A DNA stretch of 24,000 bases from Candidatus Calditenuaceae archaeon (GCA_025059595.1 JANXDI010000010.1:1360-25359); one strand, 5' to 3'. Positions 14,264-22,696 are shown, numbered from the stretch's first letter. Translations and numbers: made by a program. Notes: generated from the sequence alone by a model not told the origin.

Positions 14264-16489
14264 ATGCATAACATCTTCTGCATGAACAAGAAAACATCCT
14301 TTATAGGATTCTCCGCGGCGTTCCTGCTAGTCGCTGCTCTTTTGTTGTCGGCCGTTCCGGTGAGCTACAGCCAGTTGCCGCTACCCGCAGGCGTCCCAAG
14401 GGGAGACGTCCTAGTAATTGAGAACCACTGGGGGACTTACGCCAACCCCAACAACTGGAACCCAATCGCTGCACCAGGAGTCGGCCCAGCATCCATCGCA
14501 CCGGGTGGAAGCGGATATCAGCAGGTCTGTAAAGCCTTCCTCTGGTACATCAACACATCAAACAGCATGCTTATACCATGGATTGCAGCCGAGCCGCCAA
14601 TCTACTCGCCCGACTTTACCAGCCTAATCGTAAAGATTAGAGATGGCGTATACTGGAACGACGGTAAACCACTGACCGCAGAAGATGTCGCTTTCACGTT
14701 GAAATACCTCAAGGAGGCTCCGGCTCCCATCGGCACGGCTGAGAAGGCCTCGGTCAAGGACGCTAGAGCTTTAGACAAGACGACCGTGCTGATTGAGCTT
14801 CTATCCCCCAACCCAAGGTGGCACTACTTCTACGCAGTAATAATCTATGGAGCCACTGGAATTCTACCTAAACATGTTTGGGAGGGGAAGGACCCGCAGA
14901 AGTTTGAGTTTAACCCGCCTCTTTGCGCTGGGCCGTATAACTTGAGGGCAGTCGACCCTGCGGGTAACTGGTTCCTCTGGGAGAGGTTCGACAACTGGTG
15001 GGGGTCTAAGGTGTTCGGCGTCGTCCCTGCTGCAAAATATGTCCTATACATAAACCACGGCCCTGACGAGGCCAAGGCTTTAGCTATGACTAAGCATGAG
15101 CTTGATGCTCTAAGAACCCTCCTTCCGGAGCAGGCAGAGCTCGTGATTAAGAACAACCCCTACCTGAGAGGCTGGAGGGCTACTGCGCCTTTCGCTTGGC
15201 CGCTAGACCCCTGTGTGAAGGGTATAGCATTCCAGACAAAGACACCGCCATTCGACAAGAGGGAGGTGAGGTGGGCCCTCGCCTACGCGATAGACTACAG
15301 GGTCATCTACAGGGCGTTCGTTGGTATTGACAAGTCCACACCAACACCAGCAGCCCTTCCTGTCATCCCACACGCAGCTGACATCGAGACCTACTACATT
15401 CCGTTACTAGACTATCTGAGGCAGTACGGCTATGACCCGAACTTAGTGTTAGACATAGCTAGGGAGAACAACGCTTGGTGGGTGGAGAAGTACCCTGTAC
15501 TCGGATTCTGGAAGCAGGACCTCGCTCGGGCGGAGCAGCTCCTTACGGGGCAAGGCTTCAGGAGGGGCGCTGACGGTAAGTGGCTACTGCCCGACGGGAC
15601 GCCCTGGACGATAGAGATTAAGACCACCTCTGGGTTCGAGATGGAGAGCCAGAGGATAGCGTTCCTGGTAGCTGACCAGTGGAGGGCCTTCGGGATAGAC
15701 GTTAAGGTAACACCGCTTGAGTCAGGGCCGTTCTCAACCTCCTACAGTATCGGTGACTTCCAGGTGGGAACATTCTGGCCAGGTTGCAGCCAGATATTAG
15801 ACCTCTACGCCAACTGGTTTAACAGGTGGCACTCCAAGTACTGGACACAGAAGAAGGGTGAGGGTGGTCACGGAACGGGATGGAACACGGCTGAAGCTCC
15901 GATAGCGGAGCTCAACCGTATTGTTGATGAGTTGGAGAGGACCGCGCCAGACACACAGAGGGCCTTCGAGCTTTACAGAGAGGCTCTGAAGATATGGGTG
16001 AGGGACCTCCCATGGCTAGGCTTCTTCCCCACACCCTTCTACACATTCCAAGACGGCTACGCATGGGACAACTGGCCAACACATCCGGAGAACTATTACA
16101 TGGACCCAGTCTCATGGTGGTCCCAGCACCTCTTCGTCATCCTGAAGGTGAAGCCGACCGGTAGAGCACCTACGAAGGACGCCATCATGGACCCGAAGCC
16201 ACTCCGCGTAGCCAACACACCCATAGTCAAAGTCGCGACAGCCGCTGAGTGGGACGCCCTCATCGGTGTTAAACCGCCTGCAGTTGGAGTGACGACCGTC
16301 ACACTCAGAGAGACTGTCACACAGCGCGTCACCGAGCTCAGGACGCAGGTGGTCACGCAGGTCCAGACACAGACTGTGACAGCGCTTGATGTTGGGCTTC
16401 TTGCAGGAGTCGCTGCTGCTGTGGGAGTTATACTGCTGGCGGTAGGCATAGCTGTGGGAAGGATGCTGGGTAGGAGAAGACCGGCTTAG
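14264..16489 (+). CDS. ABC transporter substrate-binding protein, Opp/Dpp (family 5) type, with N-terminal signal peptide and C-terminal membrane anchor; probable oligosaccharide binder
   Basis: 741-aa ORF. Signal-like FIGFSAAFLLVAALLLSAVPVSYS. Family-5 SBP blocks: the segment PDFTSLIVKIRDGVYWNDGKPLTAEDVAFTLKY plus a later KVTPLE block. C-terminal T/Q/V-rich linker, then TM LLAGVAAAVGVILLAVGIAVG and RRRPA. The likely true start is ATG 14282. Confidence 0.88.
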   Translation: MHNIFCMNKKTSFIGFSAAFLLVAALLLSAVPVSYSQLPLPAGVPRGDVLVIENHWGTYANPNNWNPIAAPGVGPASIAPGGSGYQQVCKAFLWYINTSNSMLIPWIAAEPPIYSPDFTSLIVKIRDGVYWNDGKPLTAEDVAFTLKYLKEAPAPIGTAEKASVKDARALDKTTVLIELLSPNPRWHYFYAVIIYGATGILPKHVWEGKDPQKFEFNPPLCAGPYNLRAVDPAGNWFLWERFDNWWGSKVFGVVPAAKYVLYINHGPDEAKALAMTKHELDALRTLLPEQAELVIKNNPYLRGWRATAPFAWPLDPCVKGIAFQTKTPPFDKREVRWALAYAIDYRVIYRAFVGIDKSTPTPAALPVIPHAADIETYYIPLLDYLRQYGYDPNLVLDIARENNAWWVEKYPVLGFWKQDLARAEQLLTGQGFRRGADGKWLLPDGTPWTIEIKTTSGFEMESQRIAFLVADQWRAFGIDVKVTPLESGPFSTSYSIGDFQVGTFWPGCSQILDLYANWFNRWHSKYWTQKKGEGGHGTGWNTAEAPIAELNRIVDELERTAPDTQRAFELYREALKIWVRDLPWLGFFPTPFYTFQDGYAWDNWPTHPENYYMDPVSWWSQHLFVILKVKPTGRAPTKDAIMDPKPLRVANTPIVKVATAAEWDALIGVKPPAVGVTTVTLRETVTQRVTELRTQVVTQVQTQTVTALDVGLLAGVAAAVGVILLAVGIAVGRMLGRRRPA

Positions 16490-16510
16490 TAAGTTACAAC
16501 CAAGTTAAAA

Positions 16511-16529
16511 TTTTTATTTGTTTTTGTTT
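16511..16529 (+). terminator. Oligo-T rich intercistronic terminator/attenuator after the binding-protein gene
   Basis: tttttatttgtttttgttt begins 22 nt after the stop codon at 16487-16489. Confidence 0.4.
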
Positions 16530-16541
16530 AGCTAGGGCACA

Positions 16542-16551
16542 CATATATATT
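16542..16551 (+). promoter_or_regulatory. Internal TATA-like element CATATATATT ahead of the permease genes
   Basis: It lies 37-46 nt upstream of the candidate permease starts (TTG 16583, GTG 16592). Confidence 0.3.
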
Positions 16552-16571
16552 CGAGAGATAATTCTTAAATC

Positions 16572-16593
16572 TTGAGTAAAGTTTGAGTAAAGT
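16572..16593 (+). repeat. Perfect tandem duplication of an 11-mer, TTGAGTAAAGT x2, spanning the permease start codon
   Basis: Copy 1 is 16572-16582 and copy 2 is 16583-16593. The TTG of copy 2 is the start called by the ORF track. Confidence 0.9.
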
Positions 16594-17590
16594 GCTGCTC
16601 TTTATCGCTACGAGGGTAATCGCATTTATCCTAACTGTAGTCATTGGCGTCACGGTAGTCTTCGTGATACCGAGGCTCCTTCCATACAATCCGGTTGAGA
16701 CTCAGATAGGCTTCATCTACTCCATTGGCCAGTTCTATGACCCGACGGCTATTGAGATGCTTAGGCAGACCCTCTACGAGCTCTACGGATTGAAGGGGAA
16801 CCCTGTGGAGCAGTATTTTGGCGTCTGGCGCAGGATGTTAACGCTCGACCTAGGGCCATCGATAATGAACTTCCCCACACCTGTTGCGACGCTTATTGGA
16901 ATCGCGTTACCATGGACGCTCGGCCTACTTTCCTTCGCGACACTATTCTCATGGGCGGTCGGCAATCTCATAGGGACAATATCGGGCTTCTTCAGCCACA
17001 AGAAGTTCTCCAAAGCGTTGACAGGTGTGGCTGTCGTCCTTTATCCTGTCCCCTACTTCATCCTTGCCCTAGTCTTAATGTTTACTTTCGCCTACCTTAT
17101 CCCCATCTTTCCTTTGGGGGGCGGAGTGACTCTCGTAGGCATGGGATTTAGCCTTGACCTCGTCTTGAACTTGGCGAAACACGCCGCGCTCCCCGCAATA
17201 TCCATCATAATCCCGGGGGCCTTTGGGTGGTGGTTCCTATCCTCCTTCACCCTGACCAGCCAGAAGAAGACCGAGGACTTTGTCCGCTACGCGGAGCTCA
17301 AGGGGCTTCCCAACACGCTCATCCTCAGACGCTACCTCATCAGAAACATACTTATGCCTCAGACCACGGCACTCGGTCTCGCCCTCGGAGGAATCTTCAG
17401 CGGCGCACTACTGACGGAGGTCGTCTATGCCTACCCGGGCCTCGGCAAACTGCTTTACGCTGCCATAATCAACAACGACTACAACATGATTATGGGGATC
17501 TCGCTCCTCTCCATCTTGGGTGTCTCGCTCGCGACGCTGCTCCTAGACATGATTTATCCACTAATAGACCCGACCGTGCGATATAGGTGA
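16583..17590 (+). CDS. ABC transporter permease, DppB/OppB type
   Basis: 335 aa, 6 TM. N-terminal IATRVIAFILTVVIGVTVVFVIPRLLP. EAA-loop region RYAELKGLPNTLILRRYLIRNILMPQ. C-terminal LIDPTVRYR. TTG start, with an alternative in-frame GTG at 16592. Confidence 0.9.
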   Translation: MSKVLLFIATRVIAFILTVVIGVTVVFVIPRLLPYNPVETQIGFIYSIGQFYDPTAIEMLRQTLYELYGLKGNPVEQYFGVWRRMLTLDLGPSIMNFPTPVATLIGIALPWTLGLLSFATLFSWAVGNLIGTISGFFSHKKFSKALTGVAVVLYPVPYFILALVLMFTFAYLIPIFPLGGGVTLVGMGFSLDLVLNLAKHAALPAISIIIPGAFGWWFLSSFTLTSQKKTEDFVRYAELKGLPNTLILRRYLIRNILMPQTTALGLALGGIFSGALLTEVVYAYPGLGKLLYAAIINNDYNMIMGISLLSILGVSLATLLLDMIYPLIDPTVRYR

Positions 17591-17599
17591 GAACAGGCC

Positions 17600-18520
17600 T
17601 TGACCCAGCTACCCCGCACCCCTGTTGACACGCTCAAGATACTGGGGACCGGCTTCAGCAAGTTCTCGCACATATTCCTGGAGGTGTTCAGGACGAGCCG
17701 GTCCTTCAGAATTGGTGTTGTTGTCTTCGTAGCTCTGGTGATTTTAGGTGTTGGTGTGAGCTATTTCTCGCCTTTCGACCCGCGGCGCTGGTATCTGGTT
17801 ACGCCGAATAAGCCGCCGAGCTTTGAGTATCTGTTGGGCACCACGACGAATGGTCAGGATGTTTTCTGGCTCTTGACGTGGAGCATCAGGAACTCTCTAG
17901 TTATTGGTCTGATTACTGCGATGGTTGCCTCTCATGTCGGGTTGATACTGGGTATGCTGGCGGGTGCGAGGGGCGGGCTTCTCGATAGAATCCTCATGAT
18001 ACTGACAGACTCTTTCGTCGTTATACCTGCGCTTCCGACGCTGATTCTTCTGGCGGTGTTGCTGAGGGATGTGATGACTATACCAATCATGGGGCTGATA
18101 ATCAGCATCTTCTCTTGGCCCTGGCCGTCTAGGCAGGTCCGCGCCATGGTCCTCTCCCTCCGGGAGCGGGACTTCATAGCGACATCCATCTTCTCGGGCT
18201 ACAGCGTCGTAGGCAGGGTCTTCAGGGATTACATGCCATTCATATTGCCGTGGCACCTCGTAAACCTGACAAACACGGTCCTATTCGCGATTTCGAGCGA
18301 GGCAGCCTTGGCTGTTATAGGCGTCTCAATACTCAGCGAGGCGACCTTGGGGGTGATGATTTACTGGGCGCTGAACTACTCAGCGCTTTTCCGAGGCCTC
18401 TGGTGGTGGCTCATCTCACCGGTCTTAACAATCATACTTGTCTTCGTCTCCCTCTTTCTCATCTCTAAGGGAGTCTCAGATTACTCCAATCCAAGACTTA
18501 GATGGCAGTCTGGAAGGTGA
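17600..18520 (+). CDS. ABC transporter permease, DppC/OppC type
   Basis: 306 aa. LGTTTNGQDVFWLL block typical of the OppC N-terminal region. Coupling loop LRERDFIATSIFSGYSVVGRVFRDYMPFILP. TTG start 9 nt after an AGGTGA that overlaps the upstream stop. Confidence 0.9.
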   Translation: MTQLPRTPVDTLKILGTGFSKFSHIFLEVFRTSRSFRIGVVVFVALVILGVGVSYFSPFDPRRWYLVTPNKPPSFEYLLGTTTNGQDVFWLLTWSIRNSLVIGLITAMVASHVGLILGMLAGARGGLLDRILMILTDSFVVIPALPTLILLAVLLRDVMTIPIMGLIISIFSWPWPSRQVRAMVLSLRERDFIATSIFSGYSVVGRVFRDYMPFILPWHLVNLTNTVLFAISSEAALAVIGVSILSEATLGVMIYWALNYSALFRGLWWWLISPVLTIILVFVSLFLISKGVSDYSNPRLRWQSGR

Positions 18521-18528
18521 GATAAAAG

Positions 18529-19512
18529 GTGGCGGCGGATAACGTTGTGTTAGATTGTAGCAATGTGACGGCCGTCTATGACTTAGGCTATAACGTTAAG
18601 GTTCGGGCGGTGGATAACGTCAGCCTCACTGTTCGCAGAGGCGAGATAGTCGGTCTGGCTGGGGAGTCTGGGTGCGGGAAAACAACCCTCATGAGGACAA
18701 TCTACCGGGACGTAACTCCTCCTCTCAAGGTAGTGTCTGGCGTTGTTCGACTTCAGGCAAAGGATGGAGAAGTGACAGACATCTATCAAGTCAGCGAATC
18801 TGAGCTGAAGAAGTTGAGAGCTAGGGTGATATCCTATATTCCACAGGGCTCAATGTCGGTCCTTAACCCGACTTCAAGAGTTAGGAGCGCATTCCTCGAA
18901 GTGTTCCAGAAATACGGTGAGGTGGGGAAGGATGAGGCTCTGCGTCTTGTTAAGGCGAGGCTGAAGGAGCTAGGACTCCGTGAGAGCATCCTCGCGTCCT
19001 ACCCACATCAGCTAAGCGGCGGAATGAGGCAGAGAACCGTGATCGCCTTGGCTACAATAATGAATCCTAGCATAGTACTGGCCGACGAGCCTACCTCGGC
19101 CCTAGATGTAGTTTATCAGAGAGGAGTTGTCGAGATGATACAGAACATTAGAAACATGTTCGGCACATCCTTCATCGTCGTTTCACACGACATGGGGCTA
19201 CACTACCAAGTATCTGACAGAATAGCTATTATGTATGCAGGCAAGATAATCGAGGTGGGGCGGACAGACGATGTCTTCAGAGAGCCACTTCACCCCTACA
19301 CAGAGGGGCTCATCAACTCTCTGCCGCGCATCGGCGGGCCCAAGAGGCTTGAAGGGCTTTCGGGGCTTCCCCCGAGCCTCGCTAATCCGCCGCCTGGTTG
19401 CAGGTTCCACCCAAGATGCCCTTACAGGATGGAGAGGTGCTTGGTGGAGGAGCCTCCCAGCTTCAAGGTGAGGGGCAGGGAGGTTGCCTGCTGGCTGATG
19501 GAGGCGAAGTGA
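18529..19512 (+). CDS. ABC transporter ATP-binding protein, DppD/OppD type
   Basis: Walker A GESGCGKTT, signature LSGGMRQR, Walker B IVLADEPTSALD, H-loop VSHD. Opp-type C-terminal domain with HPYT and a four-Cys motif. GTG start. Confidence 0.92.
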   Translation: MAADNVVLDCSNVTAVYDLGYNVKVRAVDNVSLTVRRGEIVGLAGESGCGKTTLMRTIYRDVTPPLKVVSGVVRLQAKDGEVTDIYQVSESELKKLRARVISYIPQGSMSVLNPTSRVRSAFLEVFQKYGEVGKDEALRLVKARLKELGLRESILASYPHQLSGGMRQRTVIALATIMNPSIVLADEPTSALDVVYQRGVVEMIQNIRNMFGTSFIVVSHDMGLHYQVSDRIAIMYAGKIIEVGRTDDVFREPLHPYTEGLINSLPRIGGPKRLEGLSGLPPSLANPPPGCRFHPRCPYRMERCLVEEPPSFKVRGREVACWLMEAK

Positions 19513-19514
19513 GA

Positions 19515-20498
19515 ATGACTGAGAACAATGTATTGAGGGTTGAAAACCTTACAAAGATTTACAAGACAGGTGGGCTGATTTTAGGGAAGAAGTTTAAAGC
19601 CGTGGACGCTGTCACCTTCGGGCTTGAAGGCGATTCTGCCAACATCTTCACGATAGTTGGTGAAAGTGGATGCGGCAAAACTACGCTCGCGAGAATGATT
19701 CTGAGCCTGATTGAGCCGACTCATGGGCGCATCGAGGTCTTAGGCAAGGACATCTTGAAGCTCTCGTCAAAAGATAGGGGCAAGTGGCTACCGCGGGCAA
19801 TTCAGCCCGTTTTTCAGAACCCCTTCGAGGCCTTTAACCCTCTGAGAAAGGTCTACCCGTACCTCATCCACACAGCCACAAAAGTCGCGGGAATAGAAGA
19901 CAGAGGGGAGGCTGTCGAGCGGGTTCACCAAGCCTTAGAAGCCGTGCGCCTCTCGCCCGACATAGCTGAGAGGTCGCCTTACGAGCTCTCCGGAGGCCAA
20001 GTTCAGAGGCTCTCAATAGCACGCGCGATAATTCCCAGACCAAAGATAATCGTGGCGGATGAGCCTGTCTCCATGATAGACGCCTCCCTCAGAATGGGTA
20101 TTCTCAACATATTCAAGCAGCTCAAGGAGGAGTTGGGCATCAACTTCATCTACATAACCCACGACCTATCCACAGCCTACTACATCAGCGACCAGATAGC
20201 GGTGATGTATAAAGGGTCTTTCGCAGAGATGGGGTCCGCCGACGCCATCTTCGGAGAGCCGCTCCACCCATACACACAGCTCCTAATGGACTCCATACCG
20301 AGGGTTGACAGAAAGTGGTCTGGAAAGATTAAGGTTGCTGTGACGGAGGTTGAGGAGTATCTGCTTCCTGGCTGCAAGTTTGCTGACAGGTGTCCTTATG
20401 TGATGGATATTTGCAAGAAAAAGGCGCCGCCCCTGTTCAGGATGGGTAGCGGAGTTGAGGTTGCATGCTGGCTTTATTCCGATTCAAAGGAAGCGTAG
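19515..20498 (+). CDS. ABC transporter ATP-binding protein, DppF/OppF type
   Basis: Walker A GESGCGKTT, signature LSGGQVQR, Walker B IIVADEPVSMID, H-loop THD. C-terminal HPYT and four-Cys motif. Start set at ATG 19515 (MTENNVLRVENL), 2 nt after the upstream stop. The track start at 19398 lies inside the preceding gene. Confidence 0.92.
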   Translation: MTENNVLRVENLTKIYKTGGLILGKKFKAVDAVTFGLEGDSANIFTIVGESGCGKTTLARMILSLIEPTHGRIEVLGKDILKLSSKDRGKWLPRAIQPVFQNPFEAFNPLRKVYPYLIHTATKVAGIEDRGEAVERVHQALEAVRLSPDIAERSPYELSGGQVQRLSIARAIIPRPKIIVADEPVSMIDASLRMGILNIFKQLKEELGINFIYITHDLSTAYYISDQIAVMYKGSFAEMGSADAIFGEPLHPYTQLLMDSIPRVDRKWSGKIKVAVTEVEEYLLPGCKFADRCPYVMDICKKKAPPLFRMGSGVEVACWLYSDSKEA

Positions 20499-20502
20499 TG
20501 TC

Positions 20503-21579
20503 CTAGATTTCTGGTAAGTTTATTCTTACTTCCCTTCCTGCGCTTGCTGATTCGTAGATGGCGTCCATGATCGCGTGGAGAATTACGCTCTGCCACCCCG
20601 TGACGGGGGGCTCTGTGCCCTCCTGAATCGATCTGATGAATGCTTTGGTCATCTCAAAGGAGAGGTCGGCGTTGGGCAGCAGCGGCTTAGTATCCGTGAG
20701 GAAGCTCTTTGTCCTCGAGTAGAACCCTATCTCTTGTAGGGCCTCGTGCCCCTCTGCCTCTATACCGCCCTTCTCCCCCAGAACTCTGAGCCGGCCCACT
20801 TCTCCCCTGTGAGATACGTTGGCAGCCCAAGCGGTCTCTATGGTGAGAGTCATTCCGTTGTCAAACCTCACGAACCCTGCTGCGAAATCCTCAAGCTCAA
20901 ACCTAGCTGGGTCCCACCACCCCCAGTTGAACTTAATCTCTTCAGGGTCTTTCCCGAATTTCGTGTAGACCGCGCCGCACGCAGAGACCGGCCTACGGAA
21001 ACCCGTCAGTGCGAGTATGTTGTCGAGCATATAACAGCCTATGTCGAGCAGGACTCCCTTTCCGCCTGAGAGTTCTTTGTCGATGAATGTCGGTTTCCCC
21101 GGTATCCCCCTCCTCCTCACGAGATATCCGTAAGCGTAGTAGGGCTCGCCGAGAGTGCCAGACTCGTAGAGTTCGACGCCGTATCTTAGAGCGGGTGAAA
21201 ACCTCGACCAGAACCCCACCATCAAGACTTTGTTGGCCTGCTTAGCGGCCCTCACCACCTCAGCAACCTCTTGGAGGCTTGCTCCGAGTGGCTTATCGAC
21301 TAGGGCGTGGACTCCACGTCTGAGACACTCTACAGCGATTCGGTGGTGAAGGCCGGATGGGGTCGCTATACTCACGGCCTCAAGCCCCTCCCTCTCAATC
21401 ATCTCCTTAAAGTCCATGTATCCTGCGACGTGAAACTCCCTGCACACACTCTCCAAAGTTGCTGGATTGGTGTCGCAGACCGCGACAACCCTCGCGCCTG
21501 GCGTCCTCGTGAGAGGTATTAAGTGGCGTCCTCTTCCATGTCCACCGACGCCTATGACTCCTACCCTCACTTCACCCAA
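20503..21579 (-). CDS. Gfo/Idh/MocA family NAD(P)-dependent oxidoreductase
   Basis: N-terminal Rossmann RVGVIGVGGHGRGRHLIPL followed by a C-terminal alpha/beta domain typical of the family. TTG 21579 or, better placed relative to the TATA at 21598-21604, GTG 21570 (MRVGVIGVGG). Confidence 0.85.
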   Translation of the reverse strand: MGEVRVGVIGVGGHGRGRHLIPLTRTPGARVVAVCDTNPATLESVCREFHVAGYMDFKEMIEREGLEAVSIATPSGLHHRIAVECLRRGVHALVDKPLGASLQEVAEVVRAAKQANKVLMVGFWSRFSPALRYGVELYESGTLGEPYYAYGYLVRRRGIPGKPTFIDKELSGGKGVLLDIGCYMLDNILALTGFRRPVSACGAVYTKFGKDPEEIKFNWGWWDPARFELEDFAAGFVRFDNGMTLTIETAWAANVSHRGEVGRLRVLGEKGGIEAEGHEALQEIGFYSRTKSFLTDTKPLLPNADLSFEMTKAFIRSIQEGTEPPVTGWQSVILHAIMDAIYESASAGREVRINLPEI

Positions 21580-21660
21580 TATTTGATGCCACCTCGGTTA
21601 TATTCGCCCCGTGTAAAATATAAGAGTTGAGACGCGAACTACTTTCGGATACACTAACGT

Positions 21661-22695
21661 GTGAAGGGCATGTCTGCAATAAGTTTGAATTATATTCTGC
21701 GTAGAGCTTTATTCGCCTTCCTCCACCTTTTCATCGGGGTCAACGTAATCTTCGTTATTCTTAGGCTCGCTCCCTTGGCCTCGGTTGAGATTCGGCTGCA
21801 GCAGGCTTTCTTGGTTGGCAGCCTGAGGTATCCGGAAGAGGCTGAAAGTCTGCGGAACGCTTGGCTCAACTTCTACGGCCTGAAGGGAGACCTTTTGGGG
21901 CACTATGCTGAAATCTGGAGAAGGCTAATAACGTTTGATTTCGGCCCTTCCCTCGTCAGCTTCCCTACATCGGTCTCAACTCTGATTCTGAGAGCTCTTC
22001 CATGGACGATAGGCTTACTCACGTTGAGCATACTAATCTCTTGGCTGTTGGGCACTTCTTTAGGAATAATCTCTGGCTCACTGCCCTCGAGGAGGCTCTC
22101 AAAACTCTTGACCGCTTTGTCTTTAACTTTGTATCCCATCCCCTACTACCTTTTAGGGCTGGTGCTTATCTTCATCTTCGCATATCTTGTCCCACTCTTC
22201 CCGCTGGGTGGAGGGGTTAGCGTAGTCCCGCCTCACTTCACCGGGAGCCTTTCACACGACCTCGCCCTGCTCTTCAACATCCTGCACCACGCCTCCCTTC
22301 CAGCCCTTTCCCTCGTCGTGCCAGCAAGCCTAGGCTGGTTCTTCCTGAGCGCATACTCTATCACGAGGGTCAAGATGGGTGAGGAACACATCGTTTTTTC
22401 CCGGCTTCTCGGTTTGAGGGAGGGCGATATTAGGAGGCACCTCTGGGGTGAAGCGAACTTGGCGCAGGTCACCCTCCTGACTCTCCAGCTCGGCCAGATA
22501 CTTGGAGGCGCTCTGATAACTGAGATTCTCTTCACCTATCCTGGGATGGGATATCTCATCTATAGGGCGATCACTGTGTTTGACTATAATTTGTTGGCCG
22601 CAGTCGCCCTATTATCATGCGTCGTCATTGCGGCTGGTGTCTTTGTTCTTGACGTCTTGGCGCCGCTAATCGACCCGAGAGTTCAGCAAAAGTAG
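21661..22695 (+). CDS. DppB/OppB-type ABC permease paralog, monocistronic (no partner genes adjacent)
   Basis: 344 aa, collinear with the 16583-17590 product. Matching pairs are FYGLKGDLLGHY / LYGLKGNPVEQY, ALPWTIGLL / ALPWTLGLL, LYPIPYYLLGLVLIFIFAYLVPLFPLGGG / LYPVPYFILALVLMFTFAYLIPIFPLGGG, and C-terminal LIDPRV / LIDPTV. GTG 21661 or ATG 21670. Confidence 0.8.
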   Translation: MKGMSAISLNYILRRALFAFLHLFIGVNVIFVILRLAPLASVEIRLQQAFLVGSLRYPEEAESLRNAWLNFYGLKGDLLGHYAEIWRRLITFDFGPSLVSFPTSVSTLILRALPWTIGLLTLSILISWLLGTSLGIISGSLPSRRLSKLLTALSLTLYPIPYYLLGLVLIFIFAYLVPLFPLGGGVSVVPPHFTGSLSHDLALLFNILHHASLPALSLVVPASLGWFFLSAYSITRVKMGEEHIVFSRLLGLREGDIRRHLWGEANLAQVTLLTLQLGQILGGALITEILFTYPGMGYLIYRAITVFDYNLLAAVALLSCVVIAAGVFVLDVLAPLIDPRVQQK

Positions 22696-22696
22696 G

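Noticed and set aside
19398-19514. The N-terminal extension of the second ATPase ORF
   Set aside because: It lies inside the first ATPase gene in another frame and is Gly/Gln-rich. ATG 19515 gives the canonical ABC N-terminus.
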